Source of the DNA: Gammaproteobacteria bacterium
Lineage (GTDB): Bacteria > Pseudomonadota > Gammaproteobacteria > Steroidobacterales > GCA-2729495
Assembly: GCA_023383705.1 (NCBI GenBank)
Contig: JAHDYM010000005.1
Span: 2,695 to 66,694, forward strand
Length of the DNA stretch: 64,000 bases
Direction of reading: 5' to 3'
Below, in pieces: positions 1 through 9,297 of this stretch. The position numbers were made by a program, and so were the translations under genes. Position 1 is the first letter of the stretch, and each line of letters starts with the position of its first letter. The notes beneath the pieces were generated by a model. The model saw only the letters and a list, made by a program, of their open reading frames with translations, was not told the DNA's origin and did no database searches.

Positions 1-195
1 CGGGCGCTCGACATCGAGCCTTCCGCCAGCGATGCAGAGGTCAAGACCGCCTACCGGCGCCTGATGAACCAGTACCACCCGGACAAGCAGGCGGCCCGTG
101 GCCTGCCCGAGGACATGATGGAGGACGCCAAGGAACGCACGCACGAGATCCGTGCCGCCTATGAGCTGATCCGCGAGCACCGGGGCATGCGCTGA
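1..195 (+). CDS. djlA: DnaJ-domain co-chaperone DjlA, C-terminal J-domain fragment (5' end outside window)
   Basis: Frame 1 is open from base 1 to TGA at 193-195. It translates as RALDIEPSASDAEVKTAYRRLMNQYHPDK...AYELIREHRGMR. This carries the J-domain HPD motif and a tail that resembles the E. coli DjlA C-terminus. Confidence 0.8.
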   Translation, partial: RALDIEPSASDAEVKTAYRRLMNQYHPDKQAARGLPEDMMEDAKERTHEIRAAYELIREHRGMR

Positions 196-243
196 GCGCG
201 TGCTATATTTTCCGCCCCGATTCCGCAGCCAAAAGCAGCTCCC

Positions 244-936
244 GTGAAATCACCCGCCCGCCTGATCGCGCCGTCCATCCTCTCGGCCGACTTCGCCCGC
301 CTCGGCGAGGAAGTCGAGGCCGTCCTCGCGGCCGGTGCCGACGTGATCCACTTCGATGTGATGGACAACCACTACGTGCCGAACCTGACCATCGGCCCGC
401 TGGTGTGCGAGGCGCTGCGCAAGCGTGGCATCAAGGCGCCGATCGACGTGCACCTGATGGTGCAGCCGGTGGATGAACTGGCGCGGGCCTTTGCCGGTGC
501 CGGGGCCAGCTGGATCAGCTTTCATCCCGAAGCCAGCCGGCATGTGGATCGCACCATCAGCCTGATCCGTGAACTGGGCTGCCGGCCGGGACTGGTGCTC
601 AACCCGGCCACGCCGCTGGATTGCCTGGACTACACGCTGCCGCAACTCGACCTGGTGCTGGTGATGTCGGTGAATCCGGGCTTTGGCGGCCAGGCCTTCA
701 TTCCCGGCAGCCTGCCGAAGCTGCGCGCGGTGCGCGAGCGCATCACGGCACTGGGCCGGCCGGTGATGCTGGAAGTGGATGGCGGGGTCAAGGCCGACAA
801 TATCCGCAAGGTTGCGGAGGCCGGTGCGGATGTCCTGGTGGCGGGTTCGGCGATCTTCGGCAGCAGCGATTACGCCGCCACCATCAAGCGCATGCGCGCC
901 GAACTGGCGCTGGTCGCCCCGCAGGATCAGCGGTAG
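244..936 (+). CDS. rpe: ribulose-phosphate 3-epimerase
   Basis: 230 aa with GTG start. [17 protein letters not shown]...[17 protein letters not shown]...[14 protein letters not shown]...EVDGG is the canonical Rpe signature. Confidence 0.95.
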   Translation: MKSPARLIAPSILSADFARLGEEVEAVLAAGADVIHFDVMDNHYVPNLTIGPLVCEALRKRGIKAPIDVHLMVQPVDELARAFAGAGASWISFHPEASRHVDRTISLIRELGCRPGLVLNPATPLDCLDYTLPQLDLVLVMSVNPGFGGQAFIPGSLPKLRAVRERITALGRPVMLEVDGGVKADNIRKVAEAGADVLVAGSAIFGSSDYAATIKRMRAELALVAPQDQR

Positions 937-994
937 GAGCGGCTTCAGCCGCGATCATCGGACCTAATGATTCGCGGCTGAAGCCGCTCCTACC
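932..994. repeat. REP-like extragenic palindrome / bidirectional hairpin between convergent rpe and crp
   Basis: Perfect 23-bp inverted repeat: GGTAGGAGCGGCTTCAGCCGCGA (932-954) and TCGCGGCTGAAGCCGCTCCTACC (972-994), with a 17-nt loop. The left arm overlaps the rpe stop codon. Confidence 0.8.
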
Positions 995-1014
995 GCTGTT
1001 TCTTTGCTCAGCGA

Positions 1015-1683
1015 TCAGAGGCCGACGGCTTTCAGCCGGGGCTTGGGCCGCGCATTGAAGACCACGATGGTCTTGCCGCTGGCGGTGATCAGGCCCTGTT
1101 CCTCGAGTACCTTCAGTACGCGACCGGCCATCTCGCGCGAGCAGCCGACCAGGCGTGACAGTTCCTGGCGGCTCACCTTGATCTGCATGCCGTCCGGATG
1201 GGTCATCGCATCGGGTTCGTTGCACAGGTCCATGATGGCGTGCGCCACACGGCCGGTGACATCGACAAACGCGAGGTCGCCGAGCTTGCGGTTGGTGCGG
1301 TCGAGGCGGGTGGCCAGCTGCGTGGCCAGTTCGAAGACCAGTCCCGGGCTTTCGCTGGCGATCTGCCGGAAGCGGGCGTAGGTCATTTCGGCGATTTCGG
1401 CCGTGACGCGGGTTCTCACCCAGGCGCTGCGGGCGGGTTGATCGTGGAACAGTCCCATCTCGCCGAAGAACTGCCCCTTGTTCAGGTAGGCCAGCACCAT
1501 CTCGTTGCCGTCCTCGTCCTCGATCATCACTTCGACCGAGCCGTCCATGATGTAGTAAAGGCTGTCAGGCACATCGCCCGCATGGATCATGACGGTCTTG
1601 CCGGGCACGGTGCGCACGCGGCAGTAGGTCAGGAAACGGTTGATCGCCGGAATCTCACTCATCGGTTTGCCGGTAGTCGACAT
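1015..1683 (-). CDS. crp: CRP/FNR-family cyclic-nucleotide-binding transcriptional regulator (CRP/Vfr/Clp type)
   Basis: Start trimmed to Met44 of the 265-aa ORF (CAT at 1681-1683). It has a cNMP-binding domain (FFGEMGLF) and a C-terminal HTH. PDAMTHPDGMQIKVSRQELSRLVGCSREMAGRVLKVLEEQGLI...GKTIVV is nearly CRP-identical. Confidence 0.9.
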   Translation of the reverse strand: MSTTGKPMSEIPAINRFLTYCRVRTVPGKTVMIHAGDVPDSLYYIMDGSVEVMIEDEDGNEMVLAYLNKGQFFGEMGLFHDQPARSAWVRTRVTAEIAEMTYARFRQIASESPGLVFELATQLATRLDRTNRKLGDLAFVDVTGRVAHAIMDLCNEPDAMTHPDGMQIKVSRQELSRLVGCSREMAGRVLKVLEEQGLITASGKTIVVFNARPKPRLKAVGL

Positions 1684-2026
1684 TGCAGTATCTCCCCAAT
1701 TAAACCCGTACAAGCCCAAGTCCGCCCGGGTCAAAACCCCTTCAGGCCACCACGCCCGAAAACCCGCAACAGGACGAAGAATATGTTGAATGCGGGGCCT
1801 ACGGTACGTCATCGCCGCAGCAACGTGAACTGCGACCTGCCGGAACTGTGAGGGGAGTCACAATAGCAGGGCGGGGCGGGGCGGGGTGGTGCCGCCTGTC
1901 GACCCAGTATCTCCGTCACCGTTCCCTGCTGAACCAGGCAATTATCTGCAGATTTGAGCGTGGCGTTGTTTCCGTTTGCGGCTCCATAGTCCCCGGCTAT
2001 GAGCGTAGTGCCCACAGTCCCCGGCA

Positions 2027-2054
2027 TTGACGTAGTCCGGCAAAGACGTATAGC
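2027..2054 (+). promoter_or_regulatory. putative sigma70 promoter of the higBA-like pair, with a GACGTA direct repeat over the -35 and -10 boxes
   Basis: TTGACG (2027-2032), 16-nt spacer, TATAGC (2049-2054), directly abutting ATG 2055. GACGTA occurs at 2029-2034 and again at 2045-2050. Confidence 0.35.
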
Positions 2055-2384
2055 ATGGCCATGCTGACCTTTGTCGAGACACGGCTGTTCTCGCGTCTGG
2101 CTGACGCGTATCTGGGCAGTGAAGGGCTGCTGGCACTGCAGGTCTACATGCTGCAGCATCCCGAAATCGGTGACTTGGTGCGAGGGTCGGGTGGAGTCAG
2201 GAAGCTGAGGTGGGCGCGACCGGGCCGTGGAAAGAGCGGTGGGCTGCGTGTGATTTACTACCTGCAGGTGCGGAAGGGCCAGATCTGGCTGTTGACGTTG
2301 TATCCCAAAGGCGTCACGGACAGCATTCCCGGTCACTTGCTGCGCAAGATCAAGGCGGAAATCGATGAAGAAGACCGGTACTAA
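2055..2384 (+). CDS. type II toxin, RelE/HigB-2-like addiction module killer protein
   Basis: 109 aa. It resembles small RelE/HigB-family toxins (GGVRKLRWARPGRGKSGGLRVIYY...LLTLYPK). It is followed by an overlapping HTH antitoxin gene. Confidence 0.75.
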   Translation: MAMLTFVETRLFSRLADAYLGSEGLLALQVYMLQHPEIGDLVRGSGGVRKLRWARPGRGKSGGLRVIYYLQVRKGQIWLLTLYPKGVTDSIPGHLLRKIKAEIDEEDRY

Positions 2385-2643
2385 GCGGAATATTGGCACG
2401 GAGATCCTCGAGGGTCTCCAGGAAATCAAGCGTGGGCAGCCCGGCCGTGTGACGACGCTGCCGTCGGTTGCCACGATTCGTGACCGGACGGGCTTGTCGC
2501 AAGCCCGGTTCGCCGAGTTGCTGGGAGTTTCCGTTCGTACCTTGCAGGAATGGGAACAAGGACGCCGTACCCCTTCGGGCGCCGCGCGTACGCTTCTGCA
2601 GGTGGCGGCACGCGATCCGAAGGCACTTCTCGCGGTCGCCTGA
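2365..2643 (+). CDS. XRE-family HTH antitoxin (HigA-2/NadS-like)
   Basis: 92 aa. The HTH segment is IRDRTGLSQARFAELLGVSVRTLQEWEQGRRTPSGAARTLL. It overlaps the toxin gene by 20 nt. Confidence 0.75.
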   Translation: MKKTGTKRNIGTEILEGLQEIKRGQPGRVTTLPSVATIRDRTGLSQARFAELLGVSVRTLQEWEQGRRTPSGAARTLLQVAARDPKALLAVA

Positions 2644-2690
2644 CTGAAACTAGTACCCTTGACTTGATTTGTCCTTGTTCGAGGAATCCG

Positions 2691-3875
2691 TCAGCCGGCA
2701 ACCGCTCCCGCGATCTGCCGGAACTCCTCGTCGGTGATCAGCCGGCCCTGGCTGGTACCCAGATCCTTGACGCGAGCCAGAACCTCCGCATGTGCCGACT
2801 CCGGCAGCCTGATGCCGAGTTCCTCGGCCTTGAGCTGCACGCTGACGAGGCCGCTTTTCTTGCCGAGCACGATCTTGCGTTCGGCGGCGACGAGTTCGGC
2901 CGAGTAGGGCTCGATGGCTGCCGGGATGTGGAACTGGGTGGCAACCGCGCCGCTTTCGCGGATGAAGAGGTTGTCGCCGACCACCGGGCGCCAGCCATCG
3001 ACGCGGTAATCGCCGGCTTTCTGTACCAGTGCTGACACCTGTCGCGCCTGCGTCAGGTTCATTTCGATGGGCACGTTGTAGAGGCAGCTGAGCGCCAGTG
3101 CGACTTCACAGATATCGGAGTTGCCGGCGCGTTCGCCGATGCCGTTGATGGTGCCCTGGATCCAGTCGGCACCGCCGCGCACGGCGGCGATGGCCGAGGC
3201 CGTGCCGAGGCCGAAGTCGTTGTGGCCATGGAAGTGCAGCGGCAGGTCCGGGCCGATCCAGCCGCGCACCTCGCGGATGATGCTCTCCACTGCCTCCGGC
3301 GCGCAGGCGCCGATGGTGTCGACCACCGCGAGTTCGGTCGCGCCGGCATCCAGCGCGGTCTGGTAGACCGTGCGCAGGAAGCCGAGCTCGCTGCGCGTGC
3401 TGTCGACCGGGAAGAACAGCACCTTCATGCCGTTCTTCACCGCGTGCTGCACCGACTCCCGGACGTTCTTCAACACCCGCGCCTGGTCGAAGCCGTAGGC
3501 CTTCATCTTGATCTCGCTGGTGGAGATCTCGATCAGCGTCTGGCTGATGCCGAGTTCGATCAGCGCATCGAGGTCTCCGCGCACGGCGCGCGAAAAGCCC
3601 CAGATCTCGGCCTTGAGGCCGGCCTTGAGGATGCGGCGCACCGCCTGTGTGTCGGCCTCCGACACGCGCGGGAAGCCGGCCTCGATCCGCGCCACGCCGA
3701 GCTTGTCCAGGCCGCAGGCGATGGCAAATTTCTCGTCCGGGTCGAAGACCACGCCGACGGCCTGCTCGCCATCGCGCAGGGTGGTGTCATAGAAGCGCAC
3801 GGGGCGGCTGCGGTTGAAGCCCGCCTGCACTTCCTTGCGCTGGTTGAGGTCGCTGATCCAGATCTTGTCCTGCAT
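2691..3875 (-). CDS. HMGL-like / pyruvate carboxyltransferase-domain protein (homocitrate or isopropylmalate synthase family)
   Basis: 394 aa. FYDTTLRDGEQ near the N-terminus and HFHGHNDFGLGTA...GTINGIGERAGN are the DRE-TIM metallolyase hallmarks. Confidence 0.8.
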   Translation of the reverse strand: MQDKIWISDLNQRKEVQAGFNRSRPVRFYDTTLRDGEQAVGVVFDPDEKFAIACGLDKLGVARIEAGFPRVSEADTQAVRRILKAGLKAEIWGFSRAVRGDLDALIELGISQTLIEISTSEIKMKAYGFDQARVLKNVRESVQHAVKNGMKVLFFPVDSTRSELGFLRTVYQTALDAGATELAVVDTIGACAPEAVESIIREVRGWIGPDLPLHFHGHNDFGLGTASAIAAVRGGADWIQGTINGIGERAGNSDICEVALALSCLYNVPIEMNLTQARQVSALVQKAGDYRVDGWRPVVGDNLFIRESGAVATQFHIPAAIEPYSAELVAAERKIVLGKKSGLVSVQLKAEELGIRLPESAHAEVLARVKDLGTSQGRLITDEEFRQIAGAVAG

Positions 3876-3894
3876 GTCGGTCCCTTGTGTCGGT

Positions 3895-4704
3895 TCAGGC
3901 CAGTGCGATCGGACGCACCAGCGAAGCCTCGCCGCCCTTGATCTTCAGCGGCAATACCACCACCGTGGATACGGACTGCTGATCGGCCGCCAGCGCTTCG
4001 AGCGTCAGGCTTTTCATCACGTAGATGCCGTTGTTGATCATCAGTTGCCGGTGGGCGTCAAACAGATTGGGCACGCCGATCGACAGGTTGTCGGTGCCGA
4101 CCAGCCGCGGCTTGCGGGCGGCGATCCAGCTCACGGCTTCCGGCGACAGGCCCGCCCACTTGTAGAGATAGGTATCGCGGTCGGTCTCGAAGTAGCGCGC
4201 GTAACCGGTACGCACCAGCACGCAGGAGCCCGCCTCGATGCTGATCTGCTGCCGTTCCGCGGCGGCCTCGAGGTCGGCGACGGTGATCGAGTAGCGCTCC
4301 GGCAGTACCTCCATGCCCAGCACGGCGGGAATGTCGAACAGCGTGGCGGGCAGCACCAGCGGCGGCACCTTCTCCATGCTGTGCAGCGGTTCCGGCAGAT
4401 CCACAAAGCCGATGTCGCGCTGGTAGGGCCGGATATCGATGCCCTGTACCTTGTAGTCCTGCGACATGTGCACCGGCACATCGAAGTGCGTGCCGGAATG
4501 CATCGAGGTGATCAGCAGGCTGATCGCATCGCCAAAGCCCGGCTCGATCTTGCCGAGGTCCTTCTCCACGTACTCGTGGTAGCGGTACAGGTAGAACTGG
4601 AAGGGCGGGTCAAAGGGATGCACCGGCATGCCGGGCCAGTAGGCCTGGCCGAGGTCATAGACGCGGGCCTTGGACAGCAGTTCATGCAGGGCTGGCTTGC
4701 TCAT
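3895..4704 (-). CDS. putative cyclase-family hydrolase (kynurenine formamidase / isatin hydrolase fold)
   Basis: Start trimmed to MSKPALHELL (CAT at 4702-4704). MHSGTHFDVPVH is the cyclase-family metal-binding motif. Confidence 0.7.
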   Translation of the reverse strand: MSKPALHELLSKARVYDLGQAYWPGMPVHPFDPPFQFYLYRYHEYVEKDLGKIEPGFGDAISLLITSMHSGTHFDVPVHMSQDYKVQGIDIRPYQRDIGFVDLPEPLHSMEKVPPLVLPATLFDIPAVLGMEVLPERYSITVADLEAAAERQQISIEAGSCVLVRTGYARYFETDRDTYLYKWAGLSPEAVSWIAARKPRLVGTDNLSIGVPNLFDAHRQLMINNGIYVMKSLTLEALAADQQSVSTVVVLPLKIKGGEASLVRPIALA

Positions 4705-4717
4705 GTTGCAGGCCGAC

Positions 4718-5989
4718 TCAGGCCGCGACTCCGCAGATCTCGAGGATGCAGCGGACATAGATCCGTGTCATGTCGACCATGTCGCAGATGTGCACGTGCT
4801 CGCCCTGGTGCGTGGAGAAGCCGGCACCGCCGCTGCGCAAGCGGCCGGCCGAGCCATAGTTCACGGTCGGAATGCCGTAGCGGTTCATGTGGGCCGCATC
4901 GCTGTACCAGGTCTCCATGCCGAACTCCGGCGCCTTGCCCAGCTGCGCAGTGTGGGCGCCGACGATGGTCTTGATCAATGCATGGTCGTCGGGGATCGAG
5001 GTTCCGGGTGCCGACAGATAGATATCGACCGTGGTGCCGGCGAGCGCCGGATGCCTGCTCACCACCCCGCGGACCAGCTGGCGAACCTCGTTGTAGGCCT
5101 GCACGGGCAACACATCCGGCAGGGTCCGCACATCCACGTAGATGCAGCAGTCGTCCGGGGTGCGCGCGCCACGCCACGGCCAGCCACCCTCGATGGCCGC
5201 GATGTTCACCTTCGGGCGGAAATCCCCGACGGCATTGCGTTCGATGTACTCCGGCATCCACTTGTGCAGCGCGTCCAGTATCAGCGTGGCGTTGCTGATC
5301 GCGTTCTGCTCGGGTTTCGACCAGGCCGTGTGGATCAGCACGCCGGGCACCCTGATCTTCAGCCAGGTGGTACCGCAGTGGCGCGGGATCAGCATCATGT
5401 TGGTCGGTTCGCCGAGGATGCAGTAGTCAGCCACTGCGCCGTGCGTGATCGCGTACTTGGTGCCCACGCCGTAGCCCTGGTAGCCCGGGCCGTCGAAGTG
5501 ATTGACCGGCGCCTTCTCGATCTCGCCACAGACCCCGGCGATGACCACGTCGCCGGCCAGCCTGATGCCCGCTGCCTGGATCGCTTCGCTGGCGACGACG
5601 TAGGTGGCGAGCGCGCTCTTCATGTTGAAGGAGCCCATGCCGTAGATCCACTCGTCGTCGACTACCGTGCCTTCGCAGCGGTAACCGATGCCGCGACTGG
5701 CCTGTTCCGGGCCGAACGAGGTGTCGAGGTGGCCGTTGAACATCAGGCTCTTGCCCTTGCCAGCGCCTTCCAGGATGCCGACGGCGTTGTAGCGCTGGTC
5801 GCCGATCGGTTGCAGGGTCGAGCGGAAGTTTGCGCCGCGCAGGACCTCGTGCAGCGCGCGGGCCATGTCGCCCTCGCTGCCGGTCGGGCTGGGCACGTTC
5901 ACGAGCTGCACGACCAGGTCGACCAGCCGGTCGCGGTCGATGTGCTCGAGGGCGCGCGTGACGAGATTGGAATCGATGTTGTTGCTCAT
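4718..5989 (-). CDS. M20-family metallopeptidase / deacylase (ArgE/DapE-like)
   Basis: 423 aa. PSPTGSE...NGHLDT...GMGSFNMKSALA...GEIEK is the typical M20 dinuclear-site layout. Confidence 0.75.
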   Translation of the reverse strand: MSNNIDSNLVTRALEHIDRDRLVDLVVQLVNVPSPTGSEGDMARALHEVLRGANFRSTLQPIGDQRYNAVGILEGAGKGKSLMFNGHLDTSFGPEQASRGIGYRCEGTVVDDEWIYGMGSFNMKSALATYVVASEAIQAAGIRLAGDVVIAGVCGEIEKAPVNHFDGPGYQGYGVGTKYAITHGAVADYCILGEPTNMMLIPRHCGTTWLKIRVPGVLIHTAWSKPEQNAISNATLILDALHKWMPEYIERNAVGDFRPKVNIAAIEGGWPWRGARTPDDCCIYVDVRTLPDVLPVQAYNEVRQLVRGVVSRHPALAGTTVDIYLSAPGTSIPDDHALIKTIVGAHTAQLGKAPEFGMETWYSDAAHMNRYGIPTVNYGSAGRLRSGGAGFSTHQGEHVHICDMVDMTRIYVRCILEICGVAA

Positions 5990-6026
5990 GCTGGCACCAC
6001 CCTCATTTTTCCTGTGATCAATTGCC

Positions 6027-6992
6027 TCAGTTGCCGGCCACGATGTGCGTGGTCAGGGTGCCGAGTTTCTCGATGTTGGCTTCCACCAGATCGCCTGGCT
6101 TGAGCCATTCCGGTACGGCCATGCCGGCAGCGACGCCCGGCGGGCTGCCGCTGGTGATGATATCGCCGGGTTCCAGCGTGGTGTTCGACCACCAGGACAC
6201 CAGTTCGGCCGTCTTGTAGTGCATCTGCGAGGTGTTCGAGTCCTGACGTACCATGCCGTTCACCTTCAGTTGCATCGCCAGCCGGTGCGGATCGCCGAGT
6301 TCGTCCGGCGTCACCAGGTGCGGTCCGAAGGGGCAGGAGCCATTGAAGCTCTTGCCGAGCAGGATCACCTTGTTGGAGTGCTCGCGGGCCTGGATGTCGC
6401 GGGCCGACAGGTCGTTGAAGATCGTATAGCCGGCCACGTAGTCCATGGCATCGGCGATCGACACGCGGAAGGCCGGCTTGCCGATGATGATGGCGATCTC
6501 GATCTCGTAGTCGAGCTGTTTCGTGAAGTGCGGTACCGGCACCTTCGCGCCGGAAGCCACCACCGAGGAGGGCGCCTCCAGGAAACCGGTCGGATGCTCG
6601 AAATGGAAGTCCTTCCAGTTGTGCGACTGCCACTCGGGTTCCTTCCAGGTGGTCAGCTCGCTCAGGTGCGCGGTGAAGTTGCAGGAGGTGTGCATGATCT
6701 TGCCCGGCCGCGGCACCGGCGCGGCCAGCACGATTTCCGCCGGCGCGAAGGCATAGCGGTCGCCGCCCGGACTACGCAGCGCCGGCAGGCCGGTCGGGTT
6801 CAGCTTGCCCTCGAGCTGCTTCAGGGCGGCGCGCGCGGCGTGCATGCCGGCATCGCCCAGCTGCAGGAAGGCGAGCATGTCCGCCGGCAGTTGCCCGCCC
6901 GTCAGCGCGTGCAGGTCGACGTAGCAGTGGCTGACAAAGGCGCCGATCGTCTTGCGCCCGCCGTTGGCGATCTTGAAGCTTGCCAGTTGCAT
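6027..6992 (-). CDS. fumarylacetoacetate hydrolase (FAH) family protein
   Basis: Start trimmed to MQLASFKI (CAT at 6990-6992), because the upstream ORF extension overlaps the next gene. The FAH core is YEIEIAIIIGK...FNDLSARD...KSF...GPHLV...GDIITSGSPPGV. Confidence 0.8.
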   Translation of the reverse strand: MQLASFKIANGGRKTIGAFVSHCYVDLHALTGGQLPADMLAFLQLGDAGMHAARAALKQLEGKLNPTGLPALRSPGGDRYAFAPAEIVLAAPVPRPGKIMHTSCNFTAHLSELTTWKEPEWQSHNWKDFHFEHPTGFLEAPSSVVASGAKVPVPHFTKQLDYEIEIAIIIGKPAFRVSIADAMDYVAGYTIFNDLSARDIQAREHSNKVILLGKSFNGSCPFGPHLVTPDELGDPHRLAMQLKVNGMVRQDSNTSQMHYKTAELVSWWSNTTLEPGDIITSGSPPGVAAGMAVPEWLKPGDLVEANIEKLGTLTTHIVAGN

Positions 6993-6994
6993 GC

Positions 6995-8077
6995 TCAGGC
7001 TCCCGGTTTCAGCTTGGGCAATACCTGTTCGCCAAACAGGCGGATCGTCTCCAGGTTGTCGGCCTCGCTGGCGCCGACGACTTCCAGCAGCGGCAGGTTG
7101 AGGCCTGCATCCACCAGTTCCTGGGTGATCTCCAGGCACTCTTCCGGCGTACCGGAGATGCAGGTGAAGGCGCGTTGCATGGCATCGCTCACCAGGTGGG
7201 TGACGCGGTCTTCGGTGCCATCGGCGATGGCCTTGCGGAACGGTGCCCAGGTGCTGTCCGGCAGGCCTGAGGTGCTGAGGATCACGTCGTTCTTGATGTT
7301 GCGCAGCTTGTTGATGATGTAGGTGCCGGTGTAGCTGCGCGTGGCGTCCTTGGCCTTCTTGCCGTCCTTCGAGCAGGCGGCGAGGATCACGCCGCCGACC
7401 GGGAAATCGGCCGCCAGCGTGCGATTGGCAGCGGCTGCGCCAGCCTGGCAGTTCTTGCGCGCATAGCGCGTGAAGCCCGGCGAGGTGAGTCCGGGCAGCA
7501 GCAGGCCATCGGAGATCTCGCCGGCCAGCTTCTGCATCAGCGGACCGGTGGCGCCGATGTACACCGGGATCTCGGTGCGCAGGCCGCGCTTCTTGCGATC
7601 GACCGCCGGCATGTCGCACTTGAACAGCTCGCCGTCATAGGCAAAGGCCTTGCCGCTGACGATGCCGCGGATCATCTCGGTGCACTCGCGGTGCGTCCGC
7701 ACCGGCGTGAACTTCTTCATGTCGATGTCGAGGTATTCCGTGCCGACCTTGCCGGCACCCAGGCCCATGATGAAGCGTCCGCCGGACAGGTCATCGATGC
7801 CCACGCACTCGGAGGCCTGCACGGTCGGGTGGCGCATGTACGGCGAGGTGATGCCAAGGCCGATCGGGATCTTCTTGGTGGCCAGCGTGGCCGCAGCCAG
7901 CGTGGCGAAGCAGCCGCGTGCCTCATGGCCATACTTGCGAAACCAGTGATATGCCTCGGCAATCCAGAAGCCGCCGTTGTAACCCGAGGCCTCGGTCTGT
8001 GCCGCGTACTTCTGGATCGATGACATCGGCTCGTAGGACTTGAAGATCACGCCGACCTTCGGCTGTTTGCTGCTCAT
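6995..8077 (-). CDS. LLM-class (luciferase-like) flavin-dependent oxidoreductase
   Basis: Start trimmed to MSSKQPKVGV (CAT at 8075-8077). Length and pattern (GLGITSPYMRHP...GRFIMGLGAG...IPVYIGATGP) fit the luciferase-like monooxygenase fold. Confidence 0.7.
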   Translation of the reverse strand: MSSKQPKVGVIFKSYEPMSSIQKYAAQTEASGYNGGFWIAEAYHWFRKYGHEARGCFATLAAATLATKKIPIGLGITSPYMRHPTVQASECVGIDDLSGGRFIMGLGAGKVGTEYLDIDMKKFTPVRTHRECTEMIRGIVSGKAFAYDGELFKCDMPAVDRKKRGLRTEIPVYIGATGPLMQKLAGEISDGLLLPGLTSPGFTRYARKNCQAGAAAANRTLAADFPVGGVILAACSKDGKKAKDATRSYTGTYIINKLRNIKNDVILSTSGLPDSTWAPFRKAIADGTEDRVTHLVSDAMQRAFTCISGTPEECLEITQELVDAGLNLPLLEVVGASEADNLETIRLFGEQVLPKLKPGA

Positions 8078-8123
8078 TGTTCTGCTCCTGGGCTGCTGTG
8101 GGGCTGCTGTTGTGGGCGGGGCG

Positions 8124-9278
8124 TTACAAACCGGCTTCGCCACCCGTGTAGTACCTGACCGGCACGCCGGACAGCGGCTCGCCGCCTTCCTTGCCGACCC
8201 TGAACGTCTCCTGGAAATACAGGCACGCGCTGCGGTCCTCGGTCATGACGTGCGGGTGCATCGAGCACACCATGTTCTCGACCAGCGCGAACTCGGCGCC
8301 TTCGCCGATGCGCGGGTGCTCGATCATGGTCATGCCGATCGAGTGGCCGCAGACATGGCCCAGCCGCCAGCCCTTGCCCTCGAAGGGCTTGATGCATTTG
8401 CGGTGGACGTCTTCGGCCGAGGCGCCAGCCTTCATGTGCGTCTTCGCCAGTTCATGGAACTCGGCGTAGGCATCCAGCAGCTGGCGGGTGATGTCACTGA
8501 TACCCCTCGGCGCCAGCAGTCGCGAGAACTCGACCCAGTGGCCGCCTTCGCCGGACACCTCGAGGCCGTACATCAGGGCATCGGTATCGGCCACGCGGCG
8601 GTGGGGGTCGGCGAACACCATCTGCGGCCGCAGGCTGCCGTTGGGGCCGATCAGCACCATGTCCATGGTGTTGCGCGCCGTGCCCTGGCTCACGAAGGTC
8701 TGTTCGGCCACGCCCATCAGCTCGGCTTCGGTCTTGCCGGCCCGGTATGCCTGGATCACGGCCAGCACGCCCGCCTTGTTGATCGCCATCGAGTGACGGA
8801 CCGAGGCCAGTTCTTCCTCGCTTTTCTGTGCCCGCGAATGGTCGAAGGCGACATCGAAATCCACCAGTTCGAGGCGCGCATCGAGCAGGGCGCGGTAGTC
8901 GCGCACCGGCATGATGTACTCGAGTCCGTAGATGCCGACGCGCTTCCAGCCCTGCTCGCGGCAGTGCGCAGCCAGCCACTCGCCGCAGTGGGGCGGCTTG
9001 GCGGCCTGCTTGACGAAGGACTGGCTGTGGTCGCCGACCCAGGTGGCTTCGCGCGGCGTGACGAAAATGGGGTCGCCCTTCATCGGCACGACCACGTAGG
9101 CATAGCGATGCAGGATGTGGAAGCCGCACATGTAGCGGACTGCGCCCTCGAAGCCGGAGTATTCGCTGCCGCTGACGATCAGCGCATCGAGTCCAGCGGC
9201 GGCCATCGCCTTGCGGGTATTCGCATAGCGACGGGCGACCTCGGCCGGGCTGGGCTGAAACGGATTTTTTGTGCTCAT
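8124..9278 (-). CDS. M24-family metallopeptidase (creatinase / Xaa-Pro peptidase-like)
   Basis: 384 aa. It has an N-terminal creatinase-like domain (LDALIVS) and a pita-bread C-domain (GHVCGHSIG...E..M..S.HP). Confidence 0.7.
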   Translation of the reverse strand: MSTKNPFQPSPAEVARRYANTRKAMAAAGLDALIVSGSEYSGFEGAVRYMCGFHILHRYAYVVVPMKGDPIFVTPREATWVGDHSQSFVKQAAKPPHCGEWLAAHCREQGWKRVGIYGLEYIMPVRDYRALLDARLELVDFDVAFDHSRAQKSEEELASVRHSMAINKAGVLAVIQAYRAGKTEAELMGVAEQTFVSQGTARNTMDMVLIGPNGSLRPQMVFADPHRRVADTDALMYGLEVSGEGGHWVEFSRLLAPRGISDITRQLLDAYAEFHELAKTHMKAGASAEDVHRKCIKPFEGKGWRLGHVCGHSIGMTMIEHPRIGEGAEFALVENMVCSMHPHVMTEDRSACLYFQETFRVGKEGGEPLSGVPVRYYTGGEAGL

Positions 9279-9297
9279 CAGTGCGGTTCCTTGCCCT

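Noticed and set aside
6993-7619. N-terminal 209-aa extension of the FAH-family ORF (the ORF track gives 6027-7619)
   Set aside because: The extension overlaps the 3' part of the LLM oxidoreductase gene in another frame and is Arg/Pro/Gly-rich nonsense. An internal Met (MQLASFKI) sits 2 nt after the upstream gene's stop. The same reasoning was used to trim the ORFs at 1015-1812, 3895-4758, 6995-8143, 10215-11489, 18581-20752, 24237-25868, 25745-27118, 28841-30073, 48456-50867 and 50798-51487.
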